64,000 bases of DNA from Candidatus Aenigmatarchaeota archaeon (GCA_016187395.1 JACPJV010000006.1:62345-126344), one strand, 5' to 3'. Shown: positions 1 through 9,475, counted from the stretch's first letter. The notes: generated from the letters alone by a model not told the origin. Program-made: numbers and translations.

Positions 1-292
1 GGCAATCTCCCCCAGCCGCTATAATCTTCTCTTTCGCTTTTTGCGAAAAGGCAAAGGAGAAAACACGCACCGCTTTTGTAATCTCGCCGCTGCCTAGGAC
101 TTTCCAGGGCACGATGATGTTTGTACTTTCTTGGGCAGCGTGCTCCAAGGCGTGCAGGTTGACCTCCTCTTTTGCACGGCGCGGTTTCTGCAGTATTTTT
201 GCTATAGCTGCGTATTCCTTGACCTTGCTTTTCCTTAATTGCACTATGAGCTTCTTCAGCTCCGGGTTCGTAGGTCCTGTCGGATGGGGCAT
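1..292 (-). CDS. rpl18e: 50S ribosomal protein L18e (runs off window start)
   Basis: Manual translation MPHPTGPTNPELKKLIVQLRK...RRAKEEVNL...IIVPWKVLGSG...AFSQKAKEKIIAAGG matches archaeal L18e; lies downstream of rpoD on the same strand. Confidence 0.9.
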   Translation of the reverse strand, partial: MPHPTGPTNPELKKLIVQLRKSKVKEYAAIAKILQKPRRAKEEVNLHALEHAAQESTNIIVPWKVLGSGEITKAVRVFSFAFSQKAKEKIIAAGGDC

Positions 293-393
293 GATATCAC
301 CGAATTACCTTTCAATTTCCTCAACAACTTATTAAAATGCCTTTTCTTCGCATTTATAGTGCTACAAGGAATAAATTATTTCCTTGTTTCACA

Positions 394-780
394 TTATTCT
401 ATTTCCAATGTGCCTTCCTTGAAGTTTATATGAAGATTGAAATTTTTCAGGAAAGACAGACCAAGCAATCCGTCCACATAACTTCTGGACGGCAGATCAT
501 GAACAATAGCTCTTATAGTCCTGGCTTCCTTATCAAGTACCCTTACTATTTCTAGATTCACAAGAGGGACTTTCTCAACACCGCTCGCCGTTACAGTTTC
601 AATTCTTTCCTTTGAAAGTTCCGGTTTTAATTCCAGAATTTCAGCCACTTCCCAAGGAATCATCACGTAAGTCGCTCCTGTGTCCAAGGCCATACGGATC
701 TTTTTACGGATACCTTTATTCCCAATGAATACATCCAAAACGATAACAGAAGAGTCTTTATCAAAAAGATATTTTGACAT
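394..780 (-). CDS. Retropepsin-like (clan AA) aspartyl protease
   Basis: ALDTGATY catalytic motif and C-terminal DGLLGLSFL; start taken at MSKYLFD. Confidence 0.85.
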   Translation of the reverse strand: MSKYLFDKDSSVIVLDVFIGNKGIRKKIRMALDTGATYVMIPWEVAEILELKPELSKERIETVTASGVEKVPLVNLEIVRVLDKEARTIRAIVHDLPSRSYVDGLLGLSFLKNFNLHINFKEGTLEIE

Positions 781-1024
781 GAAAAGCCACCGCATATCCC
801 TTTTTAGGAATCTCGCCTGTATAGAAATGGTATGTATATTTGGATCTCTCTTCTTTCATTGCTTTGTACGTTTCGTCCCTGTTCTTGCTGTGTGCAAGTA
901 CCTTAATTTCTACAGGCTCACCTTTTTCATTTTCCTTCAGAACTTCTGCCAGCACCCACTCGTCTTTGTACAGCTTTTTGACTTCTTCGGTTTTCATGAT
1001 ACCACAAAAAATCTTCTCCTGCAA
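761..1024 (-). CDS. Small protein (DUF5678-like) overlapping and upstream of the aspartyl protease
   Basis: YKDEWVL...VLAHSKNRDETYK pattern; true start probably MKTEEV near 999. Confidence 0.6.
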   Translation of the reverse strand: MQEKIFCGIMKTEEVKKLYKDEWVLAEVLKENEKGEPVEIKVLAHSKNRDETYKAMKEERSKYTYHFYTGEIPKKGYAVAFHVKISF

Positions 1025-1045
1025 CGTATTAAAAGTATTCTCCCG

Positions 1046-1507
1046 ATGAAAAGTATGGTCTTTTACAATCCGATGACAGCGGAAGTTGGCAGCAAGCCCA
1101 CGCTAGTTTATCCTAGCAAGAGTGCGGAGAAGGCATTTGACAGAAGAGACAGGGGATGCGTTGAGCGCCATCTTCAGGGGCTGGCCGACCTGCACAAAGG
1201 CCTGATAACTCCGGATACTGAATATCTATTGACAATAGCCTGGGAAAATTCTGGAGACAGGATGGTTGATTTGTGGATATATTCCAAAGTTGATAGCTAT
1301 GGCTTTGGCCCTCTTATAGACCAGAAAACTTTCAGGGAAAATGTAAGAGACAATGGCATAGGAGTGGCGTGCGGGAATTCTGTTGTTCTTCTCGGAAGGG
1401 AAGAGGAGCATAGGGTTGCCAGAGGTGACCTGAAAAAATATCTGCATGGCGAAAGACCTGAGCTTCCAGCGCGGTTAAGATTGAATGAGAATTTCTATTT
1501 AGAATAG
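1046..1507 (+). CDS. Hypothetical protein
   Basis: 3' part of ORF 680-1507; the 5' part overlaps real minus-strand genes. Confidence 0.5.
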   Translation: MKSMVFYNPMTAEVGSKPTLVYPSKSAEKAFDRRDRGCVERHLQGLADLHKGLITPDTEYLLTIAWENSGDRMVDLWIYSKVDSYGFGPLIDQKTFRENVRDNGIGVACGNSVVLLGREEEHRVARGDLKKYLHGERPELPARLRLNENFYLE

Positions 1508-1555
1508 ATTGCTTTATAGCGGCTCTTTATAATCTTTCTTCGCAAACTATTCCTT

Positions 1556-1723
1556 GCAGGGGTGCCCGAGTCTGGAAAATTCACAGAAAAGGGGCAGGTG
1601 TTAAATGAAATTAACTGCCAAACTTAAGAATATCTTAAGTTTTGAGTTTGCTTTCATGCAAACTGTGATAATGAGATATCCTGTGGCTTAGTGCCTTCGA
1701 GGGTTCAAATCCCTTCCCCTGCA
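1556..1723 (+). tRNA. tRNA-Leu(TAA) with introns at 30/31 (1599-1621) and 37/38 (1629-1677), and a probable short D-loop insert (~1576-1586)
   Basis: Acceptor GCAGGGG/CCCCTGC-A, T-arm GAGGG-TTCAAAT-CCCTT, long variable arm; removing the introns gives anticodon arm CAGGA-CT-TAA-GA-TCCTG; BHB helices GGCA/TGCC and CTTA/TGAG. Confidence 0.85.
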
Positions 1724-1760
1724 CTCTTAAGATTTGTTCTGCTGATAGTTATCAGTTTAT

Positions 1761-2321
1761 ATGGCGAGTATTTTTTCAATTCGATTTATCAGGGACGCAG
1801 CGAGAGGCAGGAAAAGAATACTAGATGCTGGCTGCGGAAACGGGGTTCAGGCACTTTACCTGGCCAGACTCTATCCAGAAGCTTTGATTCATGGGTATGA
1901 CATTTCTCCCGAAGCAATTGAGAGGGCAAATAGGTATAAACAAAGCCGTGAAGTTCCTAACGCCTGTTTTTCAGTGTCCTCCCATGACAGTTTCGAGCCT
2001 CCCGACAAAATGGATATGATTTATGCAAGCGGCAGCCTTGTGGGAGAGCACGAGATACCTGGAACTGAAGAGCCTCTTTTAGAGGGAGAAGAAATTGTGA
2101 AACGGAGGCTTTCAAGGTTTAGAGAGATGCTTTCGCACGAAGGGATTTTGGCAATTTTGTGGTGCGCAGCTGACGATGCCAACAACAGGCTCAGAAAACT
2201 GGCCGAGGGTTGCGACTTGGCTTACAGAGATGCAAGGACAGGAGACGTGGTATCTTACAAAGAGGACAGCGGCAAAATTATATGCAGATATGCATTGGTT
2301 TTCTGGGCTCTGAATAAATAA
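1761..2321 (+). CDS. Class I SAM-dependent methyltransferase
   Basis: ILDAGCGNG motif I, GYDISPEAIE. Confidence 0.85.
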   Translation: MASIFSIRFIRDAARGRKRILDAGCGNGVQALYLARLYPEALIHGYDISPEAIERANRYKQSREVPNACFSVSSHDSFEPPDKMDMIYASGSLVGEHEIPGTEEPLLEGEEIVKRRLSRFREMLSHEGILAILWCAADDANNRLRKLAEGCDLAYRDARTGDVVSYKEDSGKIICRYALVFWALNK

Positions 2322-2333
2322 TTATTGTCACCC

Positions 2334-2651
2334 TCACATCTCCCACTCCGGCTTTCTTGGCTTTCTGAGCTCCCTGCATTCCAGGAGGGCGTCGTAAGCG
2401 AAGGCAAGAGAAATGACAAGGCTCGGCATAAGGAGCAGGGTGCTGACCTGATTGACTGCCTCCTGCGGCACGGTAAGGCTCAATGCTGCCATGGAAATGG
2501 ATCCTGCGACAAGCAGGATTCCGAAGACGATGCGCTTGCCGTTGTATACGTAGCCAAGTCCCCAAACGAAGAAGTTGAGGATTGCAGCAATCAAAGGCCG
2601 CCTTTTGAATTTCATGAAGGAATCTGGAGGGGAAATTTTAAATAAGAACAA
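2334..2651 (-). CDS. Small membrane protein (TM2-like)
   Basis: AAILNFFVWGLGYVYNG plus hydrophobic helices; start possibly MKFKRRP near 2615. Confidence 0.6.
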   Translation of the reverse strand: MFLFKISPPDSFMKFKRRPLIAAILNFFVWGLGYVYNGKRIVFGILLVAGSISMAALSLTVPQEAVNQVSTLLLMPSLVISLAFAYDALLECRELRKPRKPEWEM

Positions 2652-2703
2652 TCAGTATCTTGAATTTCGTCAGAGATTTATAGTTCTGAATCGTATATGT
2701 TAA

Positions 2704-3834
2704 ATGCCGCCTGCGCAGACCGATTCGCCGGAGCCTTATTTTGAAGAAAGGATGAGAGGATTCACGTTAGACGGTCGCGAGGTTAGGGATCGCTTTTACC
2801 CCAGCCGCATGTCTGCCTACGGCCTTGCGAAATCCCTCTGCGTTGGCTATGTGGAAAGAAGAGACATTTTTGAACAACGTCTTGCTGAAAGATTCTTTTC
2901 TTACATCGACGAGACGCTTAAGTTAAAAAGCCTTCAGGATAGGAAGCCGACAAAGGAGGAAAGAAAAAGGTACAAGGCATTTGCACAGGCATTCAAGGCG
3001 GTTTTTCAGGCTAATGTGGAGTCGCTTGCCCGCTCGGCTTTGAGGGACAACTATGTAGATGCAGAGTCATATTCAAGACCTGGCGTGTGTTATGAATTTA
3101 ATTTTGGTTATGTTACCGTGCCTCTTGCTGATAGTGAACGTCAGCTAAATTCCGCGATATTCAACAGGCGTGTGCAGAATATCATCAACAGGCTTGCAGA
3201 AAGCCCGGGGTTCAGGACTGTATGTGAAGATTTTATGCTGGTGCAGGAATTAAAGGACGACCCCGAACGCTTTGGAGAGCTTGAAAGGCTCTGCATTCCG
3301 GTTCTCCGGAGATTTGTTGCAACCCACCGCACCAGAGAGTTTGCTTCCAATGACCTGTATCAGGAAGGGTTGCTGGTTGTATGGAGGTCTGCGCAAAGCT
3401 ATGAGGGCAGGAACTTCGCCCGCTTCAGCACGATGGTAAAAGCAGGACTTCATAATAAGTTTTCTAATCTGATGGAGTATTCTATGGCTGACAAAAGAAG
3501 GATAAACCGCGTTGCCTTCAGAATCGGCTCAGGAAATCCTGACGATTCCTATATGGCGCAGAAATGCGACGAGGCTGCTTTCCGTGCCTGGGATATGGAA
3601 CAGAGAGAGCAAAGGGTAAACGGACATTTCGATCCCTTTGCAACCGCTCCATTATCGGATTTGTTCCATCTTCATCCTCGCGTAGAATATTTTGGCGGAG
3701 GGTCTGACTCGGAGTCAGATTGTGAGATTGAAGCGGTTTCCCTGGAGACGAATGAAGTAGTTACAGACGCAAATTTCCCTCATCTGAATGAATATCCGGT
3801 AAGCACGTGGGGAAAGAAGCTGGAGGCAGAATGA
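2704..3834 (+). CDS. Protein containing a sigma-70 region 2-like domain
   Basis: NDLYQEGLLVVWRSAQSYEGRNFARFSTMVKAGLHNKF resembles the sigma-70 r2 consensus DLxQEGxxGLxxAxxxFDxxxGxxFSTY. Confidence 0.65.
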   Translation: MPPAQTDSPEPYFEERMRGFTLDGREVRDRFYPSRMSAYGLAKSLCVGYVERRDIFEQRLAERFFSYIDETLKLKSLQDRKPTKEERKRYKAFAQAFKAVFQANVESLARSALRDNYVDAESYSRPGVCYEFNFGYVTVPLADSERQLNSAIFNRRVQNIINRLAESPGFRTVCEDFMLVQELKDDPERFGELERLCIPVLRRFVATHRTREFASNDLYQEGLLVVWRSAQSYEGRNFARFSTMVKAGLHNKFSNLMEYSMADKRRINRVAFRIGSGNPDDSYMAQKCDEAAFRAWDMEQREQRVNGHFDPFATAPLSDLFHLHPRVEYFGGGSDSESDCEIEAVSLETNEVVTDANFPHLNEYPVSTWGKKLEAE

Positions 3835-3885
3835 GCATAAGTCTTTGATACAAAGGTTTTAAATAATCTTCGGCTTCCTGTATTT

Positions 3886-4242
3886 TTGATGTCTATGTTA
3901 GCAAATGCCCAAAGATTTGAGCGCTTTTTGGCAAGAAGGGGAAGCTTCAGGGTACAATGCCCTCGACAAGAACGCGGACGTGTCTTCACAAGACGTAAGT
4001 ATGATGTGTTTTTGGATGGCGAGAAGATCGGCGTTTATACAGAGGTTGAAGGGAGATTTCTAAGCGGCGGGATGACATCCGAAGGCATAATTTCGCAGGT
4101 TTTTGAAGGGCGCGTACCGGGTTATGAATTTTCGACCCCTCAAATAGTTCTTGAATATTCACGGGATAAAGGTACGGGATTTCCTGCAGGAACAAGAACA
4201 TCTTCGCGGAAAGACGGGCATGCGTCAATACCATTTCCCTAA
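3886..4242 (+). CDS. Hypothetical protein
   Basis: 118-aa ORF filling the gap between genes; no recognised motif. Confidence 0.45.
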   Translation: MMSMLANAQRFERFLARRGSFRVQCPRQERGRVFTRRKYDVFLDGEKIGVYTEVEGRFLSGGMTSEGIISQVFEGRVPGYEFSTPQIVLEYSRDKGTGFPAGTRTSSRKDGHASIPFP

Positions 4243-4857
4243 TCACAACTCCTTCCTGACTAATTTTGCGAATTCCTTTGCGCGCTCTTCTATGATATCT
4301 AAAGCGCGTATGAACACATCAGCCCCCGAAAGTCCTGTTGTTGACTCTATGTTGAATGTAAAACCACCGCCGCCTTTTGAATACCCTATTGTTGCTGCCT
4401 GATGCTTGGCGTGGTTTTTGCCTATTCCAAGCCTTGCAACTGCCACGAGATCGACATTTTGCCCTTCCAGAAGCTCTGCTATAGGTATTTTCATGTCATC
4501 CGGCTGCACGTGCTTGTCGTCGCTTTCCATGTCTCCGGAATAGACCGTGGAAGGGCCGTTCTTTTTCAGCCTCAGCTTTGCAGTGCAGTTGCTGCATCCC
4601 TTTCCTCCGCATTTGCACTCTTCTGAAAGCTGATAGCCGTTTGGCCATTTGAGCGGAATCATTGCAAGCCTGTGGGCCAGAATCTCGTCGACAAGCCCTG
4701 AATTGTTAACCGTGATATCGACGTAGTCGACAGCCATCACTGGAATTTCGCTGTAAGCTACGCGCCTTAGCGCATTCGCAAAGCCTGCGCTTATGTCCTT
4801 TACAGAAACCTTCAATATTTTTCCTTTATTCTTGACAACATTTACTTCCATGATCAT
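4243..4857 (-). CDS. rpoD: DNA-directed RNA polymerase subunit D (Rpo3)
   Basis: FANALRR...EIPVMAVD...NNSGLVDEILAHRLAMIPL...GKNHAKH; follows rps11. Confidence 0.95.
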   Translation of the reverse strand: MIMEVNVVKNKGKILKVSVKDISAGFANALRRVAYSEIPVMAVDYVDITVNNSGLVDEILAHRLAMIPLKWPNGYQLSEECKCGGKGCSNCTAKLRLKKNGPSTVYSGDMESDDKHVQPDDMKIPIAELLEGQNVDLVAVARLGIGKNHAKHQAATIGYSKGGGGFTFNIESTTGLSGADVFIRALDIIEERAKEFAKLVRKEL

Positions 4858-4937
4858 TACCTCAACCTCCTTTTTGCAGGATTATTATTAAAGGTTTCTG
4901 ATACCGCTCTTTTGATCTGCTGTTGTTTTGCCTTACT

Positions 4938-5327
4938 TTACACTCTTCTTCCTCTCCTGCCTCCCTTCTTTCTGCTGCTATCGTGTGAAATAGGGGTCGT
5001 CTCTTCTATCGAGATTATTTTAAAACCTGCTCGTGCAAGCGCCCTGACAGCGGGCTGTGCGCCCTGCCCGGGTATCCTGGACTTGTTATGGCCCGGAGCG
5101 CGTATCCTGATATGAAGGCCTGTTATTCCTGCGTTCTTTGCAGCGTCTGCCGCTTTTTGCGCGGCGCGCATTGCAACAAACGGCTTGCCTTTCATCATGT
5201 CGCGGTCTGTAACCATTCCCCCTGATATAATGCTTATCGTCTCGCAGCCTGTTATATCGGTTATATGTATTATTGTGTTATTAACAGACGAGTATATCCG
5301 CGCAACTCCGATCTTATCCTTCATCAT
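4938..5327 (-). CDS. rps11: 30S ribosomal protein S11
   Basis: [12 protein letters not shown]...[16 protein letters not shown]...TPISHD...GGRRGRRV. Confidence 0.97.
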   Translation of the reverse strand: MMKDKIGVARIYSSVNNTIIHITDITGCETISIISGGMVTDRDMMKGKPFVAMRAAQKAADAAKNAGITGLHIRIRAPGHNKSRIPGQGAQPAVRALARAGFKIISIEETTPISHDSSRKKGGRRGRRV

Positions 5328-5354
5328 CGTAACACACCTCGTTCACTTTCGATC

Positions 5355-5837
5355 TCACGATGCCTCCTTTTTAATTTCATATGCCCTGGAAGATTCCACG
5401 CTTCCTTCAAGCCCGGCAGGCACTATATAACCCGGCCATTCAACGACCTTTCCGCCCACTTTGACGTGGCCGTGCACGATCATTTGCCTTGCCTCTTTAA
5501 GGCTTTTCGCAACCCCTTTTTTATGGACAATTGTCTCCAGCCGGCGGGATAAAAGATCTTCAAGCTTAAGGCTGAGCACGTCCTCAGGATTGTTCACTGT
5601 TATTCCCATCTTCCTGAGCCTCTGCATCATCTCCTCTTTCAGCTTAGGGTTTGATTCTACCAAAAGATCGCGAGCCCTTTGCCTGAAGATTCTTACAACC
5701 GCTTCTGCCTTCCATATCTCCTTTTTTCTGCGAAGCCCGTATTTTTTCATCATGGATTTTTCATTCGTTATCCTATTCTTGTCATAAGGCTTCAGCGGCC
5801 TTGAATATTTCCTTCTATGCCTTCTTGGATGACCCAT
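5355..5837 (-). CDS. rps4: 30S ribosomal protein S4
   Basis: MGHPRRHRRKYSRP...YGLRRKKEIW...RRLETIV...ARQMIVHGHV. Confidence 0.97.
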   Translation of the reverse strand: MGHPRRHRRKYSRPLKPYDKNRITNEKSMMKKYGLRRKKEIWKAEAVVRIFRQRARDLLVESNPKLKEEMMQRLRKMGITVNNPEDVLSLKLEDLLSRRLETIVHKKGVAKSLKEARQMIVHGHVKVGGKVVEWPGYIVPAGLEGSVESSRAYEIKKEAS

Positions 5838-6124
5838 ATATCATTCACCATTGAACTGCCGCCCTCAGCTCGCCTCACTGCGGTCGAAGTGTAAATTTCT
5901 TCCTTGTTCGGCGGCTTCGCTTGGCGGATGACCCATACGAAACACACCTCACGTTTTGCCAATGCAAAATGATTTGCCAGAATGCAAACCGACGAACCTT
6001 CGGTTCGTCCATTCACTCGCAAATCCGTTCACTTTCAAACGTGCATACACTTTCGCCTTCTTGCATTTGCTTCTTTCAGATCCTCAGACTTCTTTCCTGC
6101 TTTATTTTTTCCCATGTTGCCCAG

Positions 6125-6685
6125 CTATTTTTTATCAGCAGGCTTTGGCGCAGGCTTGGCTTCGGCAGGCTTTGCTGCTGGCTGGGCGGCCTTCTTTACA
6201 ACGCCTACAGTGCGCCCGCCTCCTCCTGAGCGCGTCCTCTGCCCGCGCACAGGCAATCCCAGCTCGTGCCTTACTCCGCGGTATGCACGGATGCTTTTCA
6301 AAAAGTTAATATCGTTCATTTTCTGAAGCTTAAGCCTGTCTCCGTAAAAATGCATGTCTGCGCCTGTCTCAATGCTCTTGCGCCGGTTTAACATCCATCC
6401 CGGCAGTTGCGGATTTTGCAAAAAGGATTCTACGGCTTTGATCTCGTCCGGCGTAAGGTCGGATATTCTCTTGTTCGGATCAATGCCTGTTTTTGCGCAA
6501 AGTGCGCTTGAAAATGAATAGCCAATGCCCTTGATTCCCTTAAGGGCGTAGCGAACCCGCAGTGCGCTGTTGATATCTGTATTGGCAATTCTGAGATAAC
6601 TTCTCGTGTCCTTTTTCTCAATCTTCTTATGCTTCTGATCCTTTGCCTCATTTTTGTCAATCTCTGCCATCGCAACCAACCTCAC
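6125..6685 (-). CDS. rps13: 30S ribosomal protein S13 (start probably MAEID at 6670)
   Basis: ALKGIKGIG...WMLNRRK...YRGVRHELGLPVRGQRTRS. Confidence 0.97.
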   Translation of the reverse strand: MRLVAMAEIDKNEAKDQKHKKIEKKDTRSYLRIANTDINSALRVRYALKGIKGIGYSFSSALCAKTGIDPNKRISDLTPDEIKAVESFLQNPQLPGWMLNRRKSIETGADMHFYGDRLKLQKMNDINFLKSIRAYRGVRHELGLPVRGQRTRSGGGGRTVGVVKKAAQPAAKPAEAKPAPKPADKK

Positions 6686-6907
6686 AATAACTTGAGAATA
6701 AAGGATTTAAATGTGGCGAAGTCATTAAGGCAAAGGATAAGGTTGTCGATTAGTTGTCGGTGAAAAGGCAGGATAAAGGTCGAATGAATTTGACTCCTTC
6801 CGTCCTTCAAGCCGTAGGTAAGACAAAAATCAGTAGAAATGGAATATGCCAAAAAAATAGCTTTCCTTTTCCATTTAATTTTTCCTGTAATCTCTATTTG
6901 CTATCTT

Positions 6908-7008
6908 CGGAAGCCTCCTCTTAAAGCCCACGGCTTTAGCCGTGGGATAAGATATGGAAGGCTTCCGAGATGCTTTGCTCCGAGAAACCCCCGACTTTAG
7001 GTGGGGGA
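6908..7008. mobile_element. IS200/IS605-like non-autonomous remnant (hairpin ends only)
   Basis: Hairpins AAGCCCACGGCTTTAGCCGTGGG and GAAACCCCCGACTTTAGGTGGGG typical of IS605-family ends; related copy at 55296-55597. Confidence 0.6.
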
Positions 7009-7197
7009 GAATACAGAGCAAATCATCTCCTCGTCCACTTCAGTTTTTTTGCAGACGTGCCTCTGAGGGAAAAGGACTCGCATTTCCCGGAGCAGAACCA
7101 GAGCGGCTTTCCGTGCCCGCTGACGAAAAGCTTGCCTGTTCCCTGTTCTATGCTGGCTGAACAAAAGGAGCATTTTGGCATGGGTATCACGAGATGA

Positions 7198-7509
7198 ATG
7201 GATAGTAAGGCTTATAAAAATGCCGTGAAGATGAATTTCATGAAATCAATAAAGGAACTGAAGAATCCAGATATCATTGAGATAAATGGACAGAAGTTTC
7301 AGGTCGTTGAGAATACGAGTGTTCATTATGATACAAAGAAAAAAGAACTTGTCATGGCACTGTATCTTGTAAGGGAAGGAGAAAGGAAGATAACACCGAA
7401 ATACAGACTGGAATATTTTCATGACAGACCTGATGAAATCAGATTTTTCATTTTTGACGAGAATTCAAAGAACTGGAAGGAAGAGAAAATAGAATCTGTT
7501 AATTTCTGA
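7198..7509 (+). CDS. Hypothetical protein
   Basis: 103-aa AT-rich ORF, no overlap with neighbours. Confidence 0.55.
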   Translation: MDSKAYKNAVKMNFMKSIKELKNPDIIEINGQKFQVVENTSVHYDTKKKELVMALYLVREGERKITPKYRLEYFHDRPDEIRFFIFDENSKNWKEEKIESVNF

Positions 7510-7516
7510 TCTTTGC

Positions 7517-7726
7517 TCATCTCCTTCCAAAACTGCCTGTGCTTTCCATCTCTGTCTCCCTGAGCATCAGGATATCGCCCAAACGCACAGGACCAATGAC
7601 ATTCCTGGTCAGTATCTTTCCTTCGTCCTTGCCCTGGCTAACCCTGCACTTAATGCGCGTAACGCCCTTTGCGCCCATTCTTCCTATAATATCAATGACT
7701 TCAGCCGGAGTTGCATCGTCTGGCAT
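7517..7726 (-). CDS. rps28e: 30S ribosomal protein S28e
   Basis: [23 protein letters not shown]...[19 protein letters not shown]. Confidence 0.95.
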   Translation of the reverse strand: MPDDATPAEVIDIIGRMGAKGVTRIKCRVSQGKDEGKILTRNVIGPVRLGDILMLRETEMESTGSFGRR

Positions 7727-7787
7727 AGAAACACACCTCACGATTTGCCGCATGCAAATCGTGCATTCATCCTGACACCTCAAAAAA

Positions 7788-8120
7788 CTAATTTCCTTTT
7801 TCGACAGCTGCCAACACTTCGTCGAGCTGCTTTTTGGCTTCTCCGGGCTTTGCGACTGCAATGGTTGAGCAGCCGACATCGATGCCGGCAGCACGGCCAA
7901 GCTCTGACTTCGTAGGCACCTTTACAAACGCGATCTTCTTTTCATTGCACAAAACCGGCAGATGCATCACAATCTCCGGCGGATCCACGTCATCTGCTGC
8001 GATCACAAGCTTTGCCTCGCCACGCTCTATCGACTTGGTAACTTCATTTACGCCGCGCCTTATCTTGCCCGTGTCTCTTGCTACCTCAACCACCTCCAGT
8101 ATGTCTTTGTCTTTCGTCAT
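7788..8120 (-). CDS. rpl7ae: 50S ribosomal protein L7Ae
   Basis: [17 protein letters not shown]...[18 protein letters not shown]...ELGRAAG. Confidence 0.96.
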   Translation of the reverse strand: MTKDKDILEVVEVARDTGKIRRGVNEVTKSIERGEAKLVIAADDVDPPEIVMHLPVLCNEKKIAFVKVPTKSELGRAAGIDVGCSTIAVAKPGEAKKQLDEVLAAVEKGN

Positions 8121-8181
8121 AGGTTCATCTCACTATTTCAGGGTTGCGAAGGTATTTAAATTTAGTTGCCATGCCTTATGC

Positions 8182-8367
8182 ATGAAACCAGGAAAAACAA
8201 AGTTCTGGAAGGTGAAATGCACGCAGTGCAGGAACGAGCAGGTAATATTCAGCAAGGCATCGATTCACGTGAAATGCCTTGTATGCGATTCTATCCTGGC
8301 GTACCCAAAGGGCGGCATTGCAGAATTAGCAAAGGGCAAGACAGAACTCCTGCAGGAGATGTCATAA
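8182..8367 (+). CDS. rps27e: 30S ribosomal protein S27e
   Basis: KFWKVKCTQCRNEQVIFSKASIHVKCLVCDSILAYPKGG zinc ribbon; precedes aIF2-alpha. Confidence 0.92.
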   Translation: MKPGKTKFWKVKCTQCRNEQVIFSKASIHVKCLVCDSILAYPKGGIAELAKGKTELLQEMS

Positions 8368-8597
8368 ATCCCTTTCTTTGGAAAGAAAGGTCTTTATTAA
8401 ACCCCAAAGAAATATTCGGAAGTATCTTCCGATGATTTGCTCCCTCTCGGAGAAGTTTGCAACCGCTGGAAGTAAGGGTGATTGATAAGTATTCTTCTTT
8501 TCATTAAACATCCATTGAGATTTTTCCTTTAATATTTTCCTTTGTTTTTCCCTCCTTTGTTTTTTATTTTAATACTCTTTTGCACCTATTTCTCGGT

Positions 8598-9347
8598 ATG
8601 CCGCATAAAAGAGGGGAGCCACGGATTGGGGAAATAGTGATATGCACTATAGGCAAGATCAACCCTAATTCTGCGTATTGCGAGCTGAAGGAATATGAAA
8701 AGAAGGAGGCGCTTATCCACATAAGCGAGGTCAGCAGCGGATGGATTCGGGATATAAGGCACTTCCTCAAAGAGGGGAAGGATGTTGCCGCTGTTGTCCT
8801 GAGGACGAGCCCTCTGGAGCTTTCTATAAAACGCGTGAACGTGAAGAAAAGGTCTGATAAAATAAAAGAATGGAATCTGGAAAAGCGCGCGGAAAAAATG
8901 CTTGCAAACATTGCAAAGGAGAAGGGAATTTCACTCGAGAAGGCTTACGAGGAAATAGGCTACAATCTTCAGGAGACTTTCGGCACTTTGTATGCTGCAT
9001 TCAAAGAGGCTGTGCAAAGGCCTGACAGGCTTAAAAGATACGCAGGGGACTGGTTCGAAGATATATGCAAAACTGCAAAAAAGGAGATAGGCGAAAAGCA
9101 GTATGAATTCAAGGCAGAACTTATCCTTCAATCATTAGATCCTGACGGGATTGCAAAGATAAAGGATGTCCTGCGCAAGGTTCAAAAGGAGGGATTTTCC
9201 GTCAAATACATAGCTGCCCCGAGATACATGGTCCTTATGAAATCCAAGGATCCCAAGAAAGCCAGGAAGGAAATGGAAGAGAAGCTGGCAAGGCTTTCAT
9301 CCAATGCCAACGGGTTGAAATTCAAATTTAATATTTTGAATCAATAA
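8598..9347 (+). CDS. eif2a: Translation initiation factor aIF-2 subunit alpha
   Basis: S1 domain ALIHISEVSSGWIRDIRHFLKEG; C-terminal YIAAPRY. Confidence 0.93.
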   Translation: MPHKRGEPRIGEIVICTIGKINPNSAYCELKEYEKKEALIHISEVSSGWIRDIRHFLKEGKDVAAVVLRTSPLELSIKRVNVKKRSDKIKEWNLEKRAEKMLANIAKEKGISLEKAYEEIGYNLQETFGTLYAAFKEAVQRPDRLKRYAGDWFEDICKTAKKEIGEKQYEFKAELILQSLDPDGIAKIKDVLRKVQKEGFSVKYIAAPRYMVLMKSKDPKKARKEMEEKLARLSSNANGLKFKFNILNQ

Positions 9348-9360
9348 TTAGGCTGGTTTT

Positions 9361-9474
9361 ATGATACTGCGTTATTGTTCCAAATGCAAGGATTACTGCA
9401 TATCATTCGTATGCCCGAGATGCGGATTAAGCACCCGCAGCGCGCATCCGACGAAGTTCAGGATGAAAGTTTGA
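9361..9474 (+). CDS. nop10: Nop10 (short, 37 aa, possibly truncated)
   Basis: Manual translation MILRYCSKCKDYCISFVCPRCGLSTRSAHPTKF; conserved position between aIF2a and PAC2. Confidence 0.75.
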   Translation: MILRYCSKCKDYCISFVCPRCGLSTRSAHPTKFRMKV

Positions 9475-9475
9475 T

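Noticed and set aside
680..1045. 5' part of ORF 680-1507
   Set aside because: Overlaps two convincing minus-strand genes
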